64,000 nucleotides of DNA from the human T2T-CHM13v2.0 reference genome, Homo sapiens. Positions 45,263 through 59,237 of this stretch are shown in pieces (the first letter of the stretch is position 1; each line of letters opens with the position of its first letter). The notes beneath the pieces are model-generated. The model saw nothing but the letters and a program-made list of their open reading frames with translations. It did not search any database and was not told the origin of the DNA. The translations under genes were made by a program, and so were the position numbers. The stretch lies in assembly GCF_009914755.1 (NCBI RefSeq), contig NC_060945.1, one strand, 5' to 3'.

Positions 45263-47288
45263 AGAAATTTATATGTATTTATATATATTTAAAAGGAAAA
45301 AATAGCTAAAAATACTCAGCAGATATAAAATAAAATTTTAAGTATAACCTCCATTAATCAAGGGAGCACTAGCTGACTAACAGATAAATTAGCATCTTAA
45401 GAAAATGAAAATATATTTTCTACTCATGAGCAGTCCAAAATAGCTCTTCCTGACATGAAAACACGTCTCCTCCAATTGGCGGTTTAAATACTCAAACACC
45501 TTTCATCTCGTAGCTCCACAAACTTCAATGAGTGGCTTTCAAGAAGAATAAACATGGGGAAATAATATGTGTGAATTTTTATATGAGTCATGTCTAAACA
45601 TAGCATACATCCACTAGGTGTATTTATTTCATTGACTAGAACCAATCTAATTGCAGGCAAATTTGAGAACTATAGTCTAATGATAATATTAGAAGTGAAA
45701 GGAAATTCAGTTAAAAATTAGCTATATTTTGTCACATCATACAATTTTACAGCTTATAAAATTGAAATTATTATTTAAAATTAAAATATAAATTTAAAAG
45801 CAGAGACATTTTCATACATTTTTAGATAAATAAACTCATCTGTCATAAGACCTGTAAATTTGTGATTCCAAGTACAGGTTCTATGCTGCCAAACATTAAC
45901 CCATCTCCTTTAATTTCATATTAACTTAGTGAGATGGGTTGAACTCTAACAGTAAAAAAGATAATTCTTCTACAAAAAGTAAACCATGTGTTTCAAGAAT
46001 CACAGCAGTCATATGAAACCAAAGTGGTAGTCTATTTGACAGCATGGCACCATTAAAAACACACAGATTTTGTGGCTTGTTATAGTGGATGTTATAATGC
46101 ACTGGTCATAAGCATATCCCTTCAAGACGAAAGAATTTATTTTTCTAGTTGTTGTCATGTACCTGGATGATAGCCTTCAACTGACAACTCTCTATGGAAA
46201 GTGCCTTGGCTATAGAGTGCTACCATGGGTATTGACAAGCCACCTACAAGGGGCAGCCTTCATTCAAAGATTGTGATACAGTGGTATAAAGGTTCTACTT
46301 CTTCCCTCATTTTGAAATAACTCTCAAGGGCCATTGTTGTTTGGCTGACACCTTATTTGAGGCTGTATTGCATCCTAAATTATCCTTTGACCTAATACTA
46401 CATCTTTTTCTAATCGCACAAGAAAGCCTTCTCTGATTAAATTTCATATGCTAATCTTCTCTGGGTCCACATCCTAAGGAACTTTACCTTCAATTGTTGG
46501 TACAAGAAGTGGGAGAAAAAAAGTAGAATATTAATTGGAATTTTCTAGCTGGGTCATATATTGGTCAGATAACAATAGGAAGTCTATTACTAGTAGTAAT
46601 TGGAGCACAGATACATTCTGACACATAGTAGTGCGGTTGTTTAAATTTTCACAGGCACAGGTCTTATATCCTATATATGAGTTAAAGTTAAATTATCAGG
46701 GCTTGGTGATATAGGTAAGGAGTAATATTTATAAGGATAATAGAATTATGTGCTTTTGCAGGGGGTAATTGATGTTTTGAGCAATGATAATGAAAGTCTG
46801 AGTGTGATTATCACCTAAAGTCTGGGTGAGAAATCTAGAAAGCCTCCCTCACAGCATATAAAGAGACTCATCTTATGCAGTCAGAAAGCAAATAAAGCTG
46901 AGGAGCAGGTCTGAGGTTTAATAAGAAAAGGAGAGCTTGGGAGAAGGTTGATCTTTCCATCTAAGGTGCGCTGATATCCTAAGATTAGGGCCTTAGTTAG
47001 TGTTACATGTGAAAATGTTGACTTTCTATATACTCCAGTACCTGCTGAAATGACCAACTTCTCTTTTAAAGGCTAGCACTCTCCTCTGCTCCATGAAAAT
47101 GTGCATGATGAGATAATGCATACACCCCTTCAAGGATCTGTTACTACATAGTTTCCTGTACACCAGACCATAAACTGGATTAATTGACAACATAACTTTT
47201 CAAGGTAAATTTCACCAATTAAGAAAGACAAAGTATCATGAAGGAGCCGCAGGACCTAAACAACATGTACTGGTAGGAAATGGAAGAG

Positions 47289-47300
47289 TATCTATCTCTA

Positions 47301-47345
<45 letters not shown>
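47289..47345 (+). repeat. (CTAT)11 / GATA-type tetranucleotide microsatellite
   Basis: Perfect (CTAT)11 at 47301-47344 preceded by two degenerate units. Confidence 0.97.
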
Positions 47346-48934
47346 ATAAGATATTAACTTTCTAGATCAAAGGAGGTAGAATATATAGTTTAATAAGGGA
47401 TAATTAATTAAAGTATATTTGAAGCATTTTCCTAGAATTAAACATATAACATTCTGATACCTTCCCCGGCCATGTTGCTTTCCTGTTGCTACCATAGATT
47501 TCAGAACCTTGGACAGAGTGAGGGTCTATTATGAGAATTGCCGAAATTGCCATCTCATATGATAAAAGAATAAATGAAAAGTTTCAGAATAATAGGCAAG
47601 CTAGAGAGAATATACAATGTAGGCCAGAAAACTCAACAAAGAACTCTTGTCTCTAGGAGGGCCTAAATTTACCAAAACAATAAAAACAATGTGCTTAAAA
47701 GAGTAAAATAAGCACCCATAAGAAGTTCAGTGTTGGATCTTCTCTGTAGATAAGAGCTAACTTTAGAAAACTCTATTATAGAATTGGACTCATTGATAGC
47801 AATGGAGACAATGACAGAATCCCAAAATTATAGAAGCCAGCTGGCAGTATATTACTGTCTGAAGCAAGACAGTAGAAATTGTAATATGAGTCAAGGTTGG
47901 AGGGATAGCCAGGGAGCCTAACTCACAGAGAGTTGTGGGGATGATTAGAGAGCACAGTATCCTTAAGGGAAAAATAGATGGGCAACCACTCTAATATTTA
48001 TAATTTCTTTGTCAATTTTTAGACCTGGGCCAGTTTTCCAACCTGATTGTCACTGACAAAGGAAGAGGTTTTGTCTCTAAAAGGACAGTTCCTGCAATAC
48101 TAGAGTAAATATATGATAATTCCCCAGTCCTTCCCCTAGGAAATCTAAAGCCATTTGTCAGGTAATTATACAGTGAGAAAAGAAACTCCTCCAAGTTTTG
48201 AGGACGATTGAACACAGGATCCAAGCTAACATTTATACTGTTCATGTGAAGCCTTAACATGGATCCCTTATTAGAATGAGTCATGTGAGAGCCAAATAAT
48301 AAATAAGAGTCCTGGCCCAGGTCTGGCTAGTGGATCCACTTGTTTGATGGATTCACCTGGTGATCCTTTTTGGGGTTCCAACTGTCAATCAAAATGGGCA
48401 TATAGTTTGCAGTTTGCAAAAATCTCTTTATTAGTTCCTTAGTCAATGAGGTTACATTATTACAGTGGGGAAAACCAAGTAGAATTCTTTGAAATTCCTC
48501 CACTTACCATCTGAGATAGGAAATAATATTTACCACAGTAAATATGAATCAGTCAGAGACACCTGCAAAAATAATAAGATATAAGAGTAGTGGTTACCCT
48601 CGTATCTCCATTTATTTTGTGAAATTTGCCACTACAGGCTCATTGAAGATGGATTGTCGAGAATGACGGTACACTCCCACAAACTCAGCCAAGTGAAAAA
48701 CTCCCTTGCAGTGCAGGATGTGCTTTGTGTGCATGGTTTCAGATACATGATAAGTGGCCATTTATCCAACGAATATGTTCTTTACATTTATATTTAAAAG
48801 ACAACTCAGAAATAGTTCACATTTATTGTTCCAGAGGGCAGGGGATAAGCCCTATGAAGCCTCAGACCTGCAGCCTCAATGACATTTTCGAGGCTGATGA
48901 TCTGAAACTTTCTAGCACCTGTCCTCTTAAGCTC

Positions 48935-49144
48935 TAGTTTTGACTGGGAGGAAGGGAGATTTTGTGCCCGAGTGTGTATTTGACAATATCTAGGGGTATT
49001 TTTGGTTGTTACAAGTAGGGAGGCATACTATTAGAATTGACCAGGTAGAGTCCAGGAATCCTATAATGCATAGAGCAGACCCTCAAAAAAAAAAAAAATA
49101 CTTGACTGCCCAAAATGTTGATAGTTAAAGGTTGCAAAGCCCTG
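48935..49144. mobile_element. MER20 (hAT-Charlie)
   Basis: atttgacaatatctag..atttttggttgttacaa..cccaaaatgttgatagt..ccctg. Confidence 0.7.
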
Positions 49145-49155
49145 CTCTGAAGTAA

Positions 49156-49453
<298 letters not shown>

Positions 49454-49744
49454 TGTAAGGGACAATTTATTCTATTGCACACTTTGCAACATGAAGGGTT
49501 ACTACTTTTGGAAGACTTCATGTTCTCTCAGAGCAATTCTAAACAGCTATGTCCATTTTAGAAATCTTCATGGGATTGGTCACAGCCTTTGTTAAGCCTG
49601 CATGACAGCCATGCTTCTCCCTCAACCCGCTTCCTTCACATCCCCAAAAGGACTTGATTTCAAGAACATACCCTAAAAAATTTTTGCTTGTTAACCTCCA
49701 TCTCAGACTCTTCTTCCAAGGAGACCCAACCTGCAATAACAAAT

Positions 49745-49900
49745 AAGAACTTTAATTTCTGATTTAGCTTCTTAGTAGCTGAATTACCCTGATTATTTCA
49801 ACTAGCATTTCTGAGCATCAGGTTTGTCATTAATAAAATGAAAATAATAATAATCTTATTACAATATTATTTAATGAGATGATATGTTATGCAACAATGA
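49745..49900 (+). mobile_element. MIR fragment (similar degraded MIRs at ~36860-37030, ~51270-51500, ~52680-52870, ~59880-60020)
   Basis: MIR core tctgagcatcaggtttgtcat..taaaatgaaaataataata. Confidence 0.55.
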
Positions 49901-52900
49901 CTTAATAAGCCATAGTACTAGACTTCTATCATCTAACTGAAGTATTTTGGTTTAGAAAAGGAAAGGAATAAAACCTTTAATATTTAAAGGTAATAAAGAG
50001 TAGGTTTACTACAATAGCATATGTAGTAAATTCACATCGAAAGACATTGTAATTCTTAAGAATATTAACATTTTGCTTCCTTTAAATTAGGTAATAATTT
50101 TTTTTAATTCCTGTAAATTTATTTGGATTTCTCTGGCAATTCCTTGTTTTCCACTTTTTGTTCTAGAATGAAAGCTCCAATTTAGTTATTTAATCCAAAA
50201 ATAATGCTGTTTTTTTTACCTACAAAATAATTATTTTTAAAGCAGTTATTTATACAAAATAATTTAAGTAATACAATCTAAAGTCTATGTCAACCCCTAA
50301 CTTGCCAGACAATTTGTAAAGGATTCAAAATATACCTGAACATGAAACTGCATTGGCTTCAAGGCCTATCTAATTACAAATTACACATAGAATTTTAAAA
50401 TATTCATATTTGTAAATACTGTAAATTTTCTAAACATTACTATGTCACTATTTTACATACAATCAAGAAAGCATATAATTAAATCTAATTAATATTAATG
50501 GTAGCAAAATGAGAAAAATAAACACAAATGAATCCCATTAAGAGCAACAGCCAAATTAAATTTAAAATTTTATTTAAATAACAACCAAAAATATTGCTTT
50601 ACCAAAAAAATTAAAAATAATTTAATAATAAAGAGCATAAGTTTTAATTACTTCATGCCACATAATAAATGCAATTTTTAATATTTCAAATAAATATGCC
50701 AGTGTATTATAAGAAATTGATAATATAATAGCCTTAGTACAAATAAATAAAATTAAAAAAACTTTAACTTTGGCCAAACTTTTCACAAAAAGCATTTATT
50801 CTAGTAAAAAAAAGCGATTTGACAAATATTTAAAAGTATAATTAAAGTGTGAATTGTTAACAAACAGTAAAGGTGCCTCATAGGAATGTAAAAGTAATGT
50901 AGAATAGTAATAAGAATAACTAAATCAAAATGTTAGTGATAATTAGAAATTATTAAGTTAAAGTTCTAATCATAAAATATAATGATTTGAACCTATGTTT
51001 TAATTTTATTATTACTGATTTTTTCAACTTTTCATGTCAAATACACTAATTATATCAGCATGTATACTTTTTAAATAAAACTGAATAATGAAATTTAATG
51101 GGCAAGAAGAGGATGAGGGCAGAAATGCCAATGATATTGATCTGAATATGAGACAACTACAGTCACAATAATGTTGACTTTTACTCTTTGGTCTATACAG
51201 AGTCATAGACTCTAAAGTTGAGTTATGATGTTGGCTGAGAATTTCATTAAACGCAAGGAAAGAATGAATTGAACACTTATTGAGTACCAAATGTTACTTA
51301 CCAGATACCTAACTTATTATTTTCTTATTTAATACCAATAGCCATTAGTAATAATCACAAAAGCATCATTTTCATTTCATACATGAAAAAATTGAGGTTG
51401 AGTGAGATTAAATAATATGCTCAGTGTCAACAGATAGACATTTTTGGAATTGAGAGTCAAACAGGCTTGTTGAATTGGACAGTCCCTGCTTTCTTTATTA
51501 ACCAAGATTTTTCTATTTAAGTTCTTTCTAGTTTTTTTGTAAAGATAATAAATTATTTTCAAAAGCTACCTACAGCTGACACACTATTTATCAGGGAAAA
51601 AGGTGGCATGGTACAATACAGTATATCATCCATCCACTGCATAATGCAAAACAGGAGCCATATGGGGGGTAACCATATTAGTATTATTGTTCTCTCCTGA
51701 CTTTGAACAGTAGCTGCAGCTTGAGCCTTAAATAACACAGAGCACAAGTGGTCCCAGGACATTGTACTTTGGTTATACATAGCTAAATTTTGCTGTCACT
51801 GTTTTGGTAAAGATCTAAAACCTCTTGTTCTCTTCAGCACACCCTCGGGATGAGACAAATTTTCTGATTAACTGGCATTTCTCCCTCTCCTGAGTTCTGA
51901 TATTTAGACGTTAAATACTCTTCTTATACTTTGCCTTTTCTCCAGCCATCTATTTAGATGACATCTTTCATACTTAAGTTAAAGATCTTTGAGGATAGGT
52001 AGAGATTGAGCTTTTCACTCTTTTGTATCCCTCACAAAATCCAGGTGTGCCTTGAGCACAACGGGAACCTGACTCGTTGATAGCTAAATTCATTGAAACT
52101 CATGTTTTTGTTTGCTTTCAGCCACCAATCCTCACGATAATATATAATGTCATTTATTTTGTGCAGATGATACATTAGAAAATAACAATGCATAATAATG
52201 CAAGTTCCATTATTTAATGTTTTGTTGATACAGTCTTGATGATGTTAATAAAAATGTATTATCAGGAAGACAGCTTTTGCGTTCATGAAATACAACCCAT
52301 TGTCATTTAGTTGTTGAATGTAATTTGAACTGTTTTCCACGAGCTCATAACCAGTATCAGCTTTTAACATTCAGCAGTAAAACAGAAGCAGCAATAAAAA
52401 TAAAACTTAATATTTTATTCAAAATATTATCATCAAATTATGACTCTTGCATAAGACTGGAGAAGACTTGGTTTCTTTTAAAATTATTTTCTTCCATTTC
52501 CTCAAAAAATTGTTTCTCAATGGATTTATTAATTTTTAGACACATGTAATTAATGTCTCAGAAATTTTAATTTCTTATACAAGTTTTGCCTAAATTTTCA
52601 TAGAATAAAGACATTTTTTCCTGTTTCGTAGTATTTACATTTAAATGAAAGAAATGTAAAAAACATATAATGGAATTAACACTGACTTTTGGAGTTAGAA
52701 GATCTGTTTTAGTGTAGTTTCTTCCATTACATAAAAATTAATCCTTAGCTAAATATTTTTTTTTTGTTTCCTTCAAAATTTAACACACCAGTTACCTGGG
52801 ATTGTTTGTGGAAGTTAAGAAATGTAGATGAGGTGAAAGTGATTTGCATGTTGCAAAATTTACATATCAATTATTTAATTTTGGATATCAGGTGTTTGAC

Positions 52901-53004
52901 TATTGAGACTTAGGAAACAGCATAATTTTAGTAATTTGTAAAATTTAATAGTGTTTAATCTTTCTTTTTTTTGGTAGAATTTTGTTGCAGTATTTTTTCC
53001 AATA

Positions 53005-55440
53005 TTTTTAAGTATGGTAAAACAGACGCAACATATAATTTACCGTCTTATCATTTTTAAGCATACAGTTCAATGGTATTAAATACATTCATAATGTTGT
53101 GCAAATATCACTAAGATCCGTCTTCATAACATTTTTCATTTTTGGAAATCTGAAACTTTATACCCACTAAACAATGACTCTACATTTTCTCAGCCACTGC
53201 CAATGGCCATTCTACTTTGTGACTCTATGATTTGACTACTTTATGTATCTGATATAAGTGGACTCATGAAATACTGGCTTTTTGTGACTTACTTATTTTA
53301 CTGAACATAATGCCCTCCAAGATTATGTATGTTGTAGCATATGTCAGAATGTCTTCTCTTTTTAAGGTTAAATAGTATTACCTGCATAGACTACATTTAT
53401 TACATTTTGTTTATTCATTCATTCATTCATTCATTGATGTTTGAGTTGCTTCTACATTTTAGCTATTGTGAATAATGCTGCTATAAACTGTTCTTTAGGG
53501 TATGTAGTCAGAATTGGAACTGCTGAATTATATGACAATTCTATTTTTAATTTTTGAAGTAACATCTGTACCATTTTATATTCCCACCAACAGTGCACAA
53601 GAGTTCCAATGTTTTCACATCCTTGCCAGTGCTCATTTTCTGTTTTTCATTTGTTTATTTTTGAAAGTAGTCATCCTAATGGATAATAGATAGTATCTAA
53701 TTGTAGATTTTATTTGCATTTTCCTAATGTTTAGTGATGTTGAATATTTTTTCATGTGCTTATTGACCACTTGTCCTTCTTCATCTTCTTTGGAGAAATG
53801 TTTATTCAAGTCCTTTGCCCATTTCTGAATTTTGTTGTTTGATTTATGTGATTGAGTTTTGAGAGTTCTCTACATATTCTATATATTAACCCATTATCAG
53901 ATGTATGACATGTAAATATTTTCTCCCATCCTATGGGTTGCCATTTCACTCTACTGATAGTGTCTGTTAAAGCACACATTTATTAATTTTTATAATGTCC
54001 AACTGTCTATTTTTTATTTTGTTGCCTGCTCATTTGTAGTCATATTTTAAAAGTCAATGCCAAATTTAATGTTGTGAAGCTTTGCACTACATTTTCTCCT
54101 GAAAAGTTTTATAGTTTCAGTCTTACATTTTAGTCTTTGACCATTTGAATTCATTTTTATATATGGTGTTACAAAAGGTTTCAACTTATCATTTTGCATG
54201 TAAACGTCCAGGTTTTCCCTGCACCATTTGTTGAAAACATTATTGTTGCTTTCATTGAATAGTGTTGGTACTCCCATCAATAATTATTTGACTGTATATG
54301 TAAATGTTTATTTCTAGGATCTCTACCTGTTTCATTGGTCTATATGTCTGCCTTTATGCCAGTACCCTAACATTTTGATTACTGTAGCTTTGTAGTGAAT
54401 TTTGAAATCAGGAAATATGAATCCTCCAGCTTTGTTCTTTTTCAATATTATTTTGACTGCTCAGTCTCTTGAGACTATTTATGCAAAATAGGTCATTGGT
54501 ATTTTGATAGGGATTGCATTAAATCTGCAGATCACTTTGGGTACTATAAACAGCTTACTATTAAATCTTTCAATCGATAAATACAAAACATGTTTTTATT
54601 TATTTATGTCTTCTTCAATGTCTTTTGGCATTCTCTTCCAGTTTTTATTGTACAAAACTTTCACCCTCTTGGTTAATGCCTAAGTATTGTATTCTTTACA
54701 TGCTAGTATACACTGAATTATTTTTATAATTTTCTTTTAAGAATGTGCATTATTTTTATGTAAAAATGAAACTTTTTGGTGGTAACTGTATCTTGCTACT
54801 TTGCTGAATTCATGTATTACTTCTAACAGTTTTTTCTGAACTCTTTAGAGTTTTCTAGAGATAAGATCATATCATCTGCAAACAGATAATTTTATTTCGT
54901 TATTTCCAACTGCATGCCTTCATTTATTTTTCTTGTGTGATTACTCTGACTAGAACTTCCTGTACTATGCTGAATAGAAGGGATAAAACTAGTCATGCTT
55001 GCCTTGTTCCTGATTTTAGAGGAAAAGCTTTCAGTCTTTCACCATTATGATGATCACTGTGGGTTTTTAAAAATATATGATTTTATTATGCTGAGGTAGT
55101 TTTCTTCTACTCATAGTTTGTTGTTTTTATCATAAAAACAACAATTATGTCAAATGCTTTTCCGCATCAGTTGAAATGACCATGTGTGTGTGTTTTTCAT
55201 ACTTGGAATGTGGTGTATTACATTAATTATATATGATGAGTCATTATTGCATTCCAGAAACAAATCTCAAATTGTATAGTACTTTGAATTTGAATTTTAG
55301 TACTTTCTTATATTGTATAGTACTTTGAATGAATGTGGTTCTGAGTTTGGTTGGCTAGCGTTTTTACATCAATGTTCACATGAAACATTTGTCTGTAGTT
55401 TTCTTATAATGTCTTTGTCGGGTTTCAATAGCAGGCTAAT
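53005..55440 (-). mobile_element. L1MB-type LINE-1 (3' UTR and degenerate ORF2)
   Basis: catttttaagcatacagttcaatggtattaaatacattc (L1MB 3' end); antisense ORF2 motifs cccaccaacagtgcacaag and gatcatatcatctgcaaacaga. Confidence 0.88.
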
Positions 55441-55713
55441 GTGATTTCTTCTTTTATTTATTGATTGTTTAAGAATGTGTAGTTTATTCATTATTTTATC
55501 TCTGACAATCTCTGCTTCTAAATTAGCATGTTTAGACTATCTGCATTTAAAATGATTATGGCTATAGTTAGATTAATATCTCTAAAGTTTGTTAATGCCC
55601 TTAACAAATTAACAGTAGTTATTTTAAGTGTCCTGCCTGATAATCCCAAAGTGTGTGTTTTATCTAAGTTTGGTTCTTAAGCTTGCTTTTTTAAAAAAAG
55701 AAATTAATATGTC

Positions 55714-56088
55714 TGCATTTGTCCATTCTCACATTCCTATAAGAACTGCCTGAGACTGGGTAATTTATAAAGCAAAGAGGTTTAATTGACTCACAGTTCC
55801 ATATGACTATGGAGGCCTCAGGAAGCTTACAATCATGGCGGAAGGGAAGAAGAGGCATGCACCTTCCTCACAAGGTGGCAGGAGAGAGAACGACCAAAGA
55901 AGTAACTTATCAAACACTTATAAACCATCAGATCTTGTGAGAACTCACTCACTATTATGAGAACAGTATAGAGAAACCTACCACATGATCCAATTACCTC
56001 TACCTGGTCTCTTCCTTGACAGGTAGTAATTATGGGAACTACAACTCAAGATGAGATTTGGGTGGGGACAGGAAGCCTAAACATATCA
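55714..56088 (-). mobile_element. THE1D-like solo LTR
   Basis: tccattctcacatt..gcctgagactgggtaatttataaag ... gatttgggtggggaca..catatca. Confidence 0.85.
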
Positions 56089-56806
56089 ATACCTAATAAT
56101 GTTTGGTTGAAAGCTGGACATGATGTATTGGGTAACAGTAACTGAGCTAAACAGGCTTTAATGGAAGGTTTTATGTTAGCCTGGCTTGGAGCTGGGCTGT
56201 ATTTAATGTTGGCATTATATGTACACAGATTTCAAATTCCTCTGGTGACCTTATTTTTGTCTCCCCTGTTGATTTTGGGATCCCTTAAGTACTAGTCTCA
56301 TAAAGTCTGTGTCTTGCAGCTATTTCAGCTATAATCCACTGTTTTTCTACTGAGTCTTTACTGGCCTGGGGGTAAATTGTGGGGTAGAGAAACCAGTGTG
56401 TAATCTTATTATTAAATCTCATTCTTTTAATGTATCTATTTTCCTGTGCTGTGACTTTCACAAGTGTTTCTTAGCTTTTCTTCTTCCTTTAGGTGAAACA
56501 GAAAATCTAGAGGATTTTAGACTGGAGAAATTACCTTTTCTTAAGGTGGAATAAGGCTCTAGTTAAACGGTTTCTCTTGGGAGTAAGCCTTTGTTATGGA
56601 GAAGACTTTGGGTGTATTTCAGAACTGTTTCTTTTCCCCTCTCTCTGCCAGAACCAATAGGAAATTATTCTCAGATATTTACTAGGGACTCTTGGAGAGA
56701 TTGCCCATAAATATATATCCTACCCACCTGAAAACTGCAGCCCCTAGTTTATCATTCTTACACCAGTCCACACTTTGCATCTAGTAATTTGTTAATTTGT
56801 TCAACT

Positions 56807-57400
56807 TGTCAGAAGTGTTTGAACCAGAGGAACTCCATTTTATATAGGGGCTGGATAAAATGAGGCTCAGACCCACTTGGCTGCATTCCCAGAAGGTTAG
56901 GCATTCTAAGTCACAGGATGAGATAGGAGGTTGGCTCAAGATACAAGTCGTTAAAGAGGCCCACGAAACCCACCAAAACCAAGATGGCGATGAAAGTGAC
57001 TTCTGGTTGTCCTCACTGCTCATTATATGCTAATTGTAAGTCATTAGCATGCTAAAAGACATTCCCGCCATCACCATGACAGTTTACAAATGCTATGGCA
57101 ATGTCAGGAAGTTACTCTATGTGGTCTAAAAAGGGGATGAACCCTCAGTTCTGGGAATTGCCTTTCCCAGAAAACTCATGAATAATCCACCCCTTATTTA
57201 GCATATAATCAAGAAATAACTATAAGTATAATTAGTTGAGCAGCCCACACCACTGCTCTGCCTATGGAGTGGCCGTTCCTTTATTCCTTTACGATTTTAA
57301 TAAACTTGCTTTAACTTTATGGACTCACCTCCAATTCGTTCTTGCACAAGGTCCAAGAACCCTCTCTTGGGGTCTTGAGTGGGACCCCTTTCTGGTGAAA
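56807..57400 (+). mobile_element. MER41B (ERV1) solo LTR
   Basis: tgtcagaagtgtttgaaccagag..ctccat...gggacccctttctggt; contains the GAS-bearing segment typical of MER41B; TSD aact/aagt. Confidence 0.9.
57149..57172. promoter_or_regulatory. Tandem GAS (STAT) motifs TTCTGGGAA-N6-TTCCCAGAA
   Basis: Both match TTCNNNGAA; they lie at the known STAT1-binding position of MER41B. Activity not shown. Confidence 0.6.
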
Positions 57401-57427
57401 AAGTTACCATTCATGTCTTCCTATCAG

Positions 57428-58646
57428 TGTAGAAAGACAGGGAGAGTCTCCAGGAACTATAAGAATGTAATCAACTTGAGCAATCAGCCTGTTTTATGGC
57501 TTTGCAGCCTGTTTTTGTAACCACTCAATGAGTTCTTGCCCACTGCTCAGATGGAGCCAATTTATGAAGACAGGGGAATTGCCATAGAGAAAGAGTTTAA
57601 TTCACACAGAGCCAGCTAAATGGAAGACCAGAGTTTTATTACTCAATTTATCTCTCCCAAAATTTGGAGACTGCGTTTTTTAAGGCTAATTTGGTGAGCA
57701 GTGGGCCAGGGAGTTGGGAGTGCTGATTGGTCAGGTAGGTGACAAAATCAAGAGGGTCAAAGTGGGTACTTTTTCCTGTCTTCTGTTCCTGGGTGGATTC
57801 ACAGAACTGGTTGAGCTAGATTACAGGTCTGGGTGGTGCCAGCTGGCGCTCTGAATGCAGGATCTAGAAAGTATCTTAAGCACCAATATTAGATTTTACA
57901 GTAGTGATATTATTCCTGGGAACAATTGGGGATGTTCTGAATCTAGTGGTCTCTTGCTGCGTGACCCCTAAACCATAATTTCTTATCTTGTGGCTAATGT
58001 GTTAGTCTTACAAAGGCAATCTGGTCACAGGCAAGAAGGGGGCTTGTTTGGGAAAGGGCTGTTACAGTCTGTTTCAAAGTCAAATTATAAATGAAGTTCT
58101 TCCCAAAGTTAGTTCAGCCTATGCCCAGGATAACAAGGCAGGTTGAGGGTTAGAGGTAAGATGGAGTCAGTTAGGTTAAATCTCTTTCACTGCCATAATT
58201 TTCTCACTGTAATAATTTTTTTAAACGGCGGTTTCATTTTTCCCCAAACTCTGTGTAGAATGTGTTCACCTAATTGCCTGGAGCAAGCTCCTAACAGATC
58301 CTAGCAAATTACAGATTAACCCAAGTAAACTTTTCCTATTATCATGCTAAAATCTCCACCCTGTGAAGAGCAACAGCTTCATTATCATAACATGCAACCT
58401 TTGTGTGAGCATAATGACTTACTGCATCTGCTCCCCCCCGGGACCTCTCCTCTACATGCAATGATGCACCCTCTCCCCTCTCACTGCCCCATGAAACCCT
58501 CTTTCAGGGAGACACTGCCTTGGAGAACACACCCCATGCACTCCTTACTTGTGGAAAGTAATAAAATTCCTATTGATCGAAACCTGCATTCTTGTGGAGA
58601 GTCATTTGTTACTCCAGGTAAATGAACTCCCTTTTTTTTGGTAACA
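57428..58646 (+). mobile_element. ERV1 (MER4-group) solo LTR interrupted by LTR8A
   Basis: tgtagaaagacagggagagtctccagg...gcagcctgtttt / tccccaaac...aataaaattcc...ggtaaca; TG..CA ends. Subfamily not assigned. Confidence 0.7.
57516..58236 (-). mobile_element. LTR8A solo LTR
   Basis: tgtaaccactcaatg...aaacggcggtttca, antisense LTR8A; TSD TTTT. Confidence 0.88.
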
Positions 58647-58862
58647 TTCATTTAAGATTCTATGAGATTCTTCTCCTTGTAAGCAGATCTCAGCTCTGAT
58701 TCTCTGCATGGGCACTTTTTTAAGGATTTCCAGATTTCAAGGTAACAATTTGCCCAACAACCTCAGCTCTTCAAGAACCACCACTGATTTTCAGTTTGTA
58801 CAATCATTTCTTGTTAGAAGAATATAAGTGATGACTATTAAGCTCTTTAAAATTGCAGCTGA

Positions 58863-59237
<375 letters not shown>

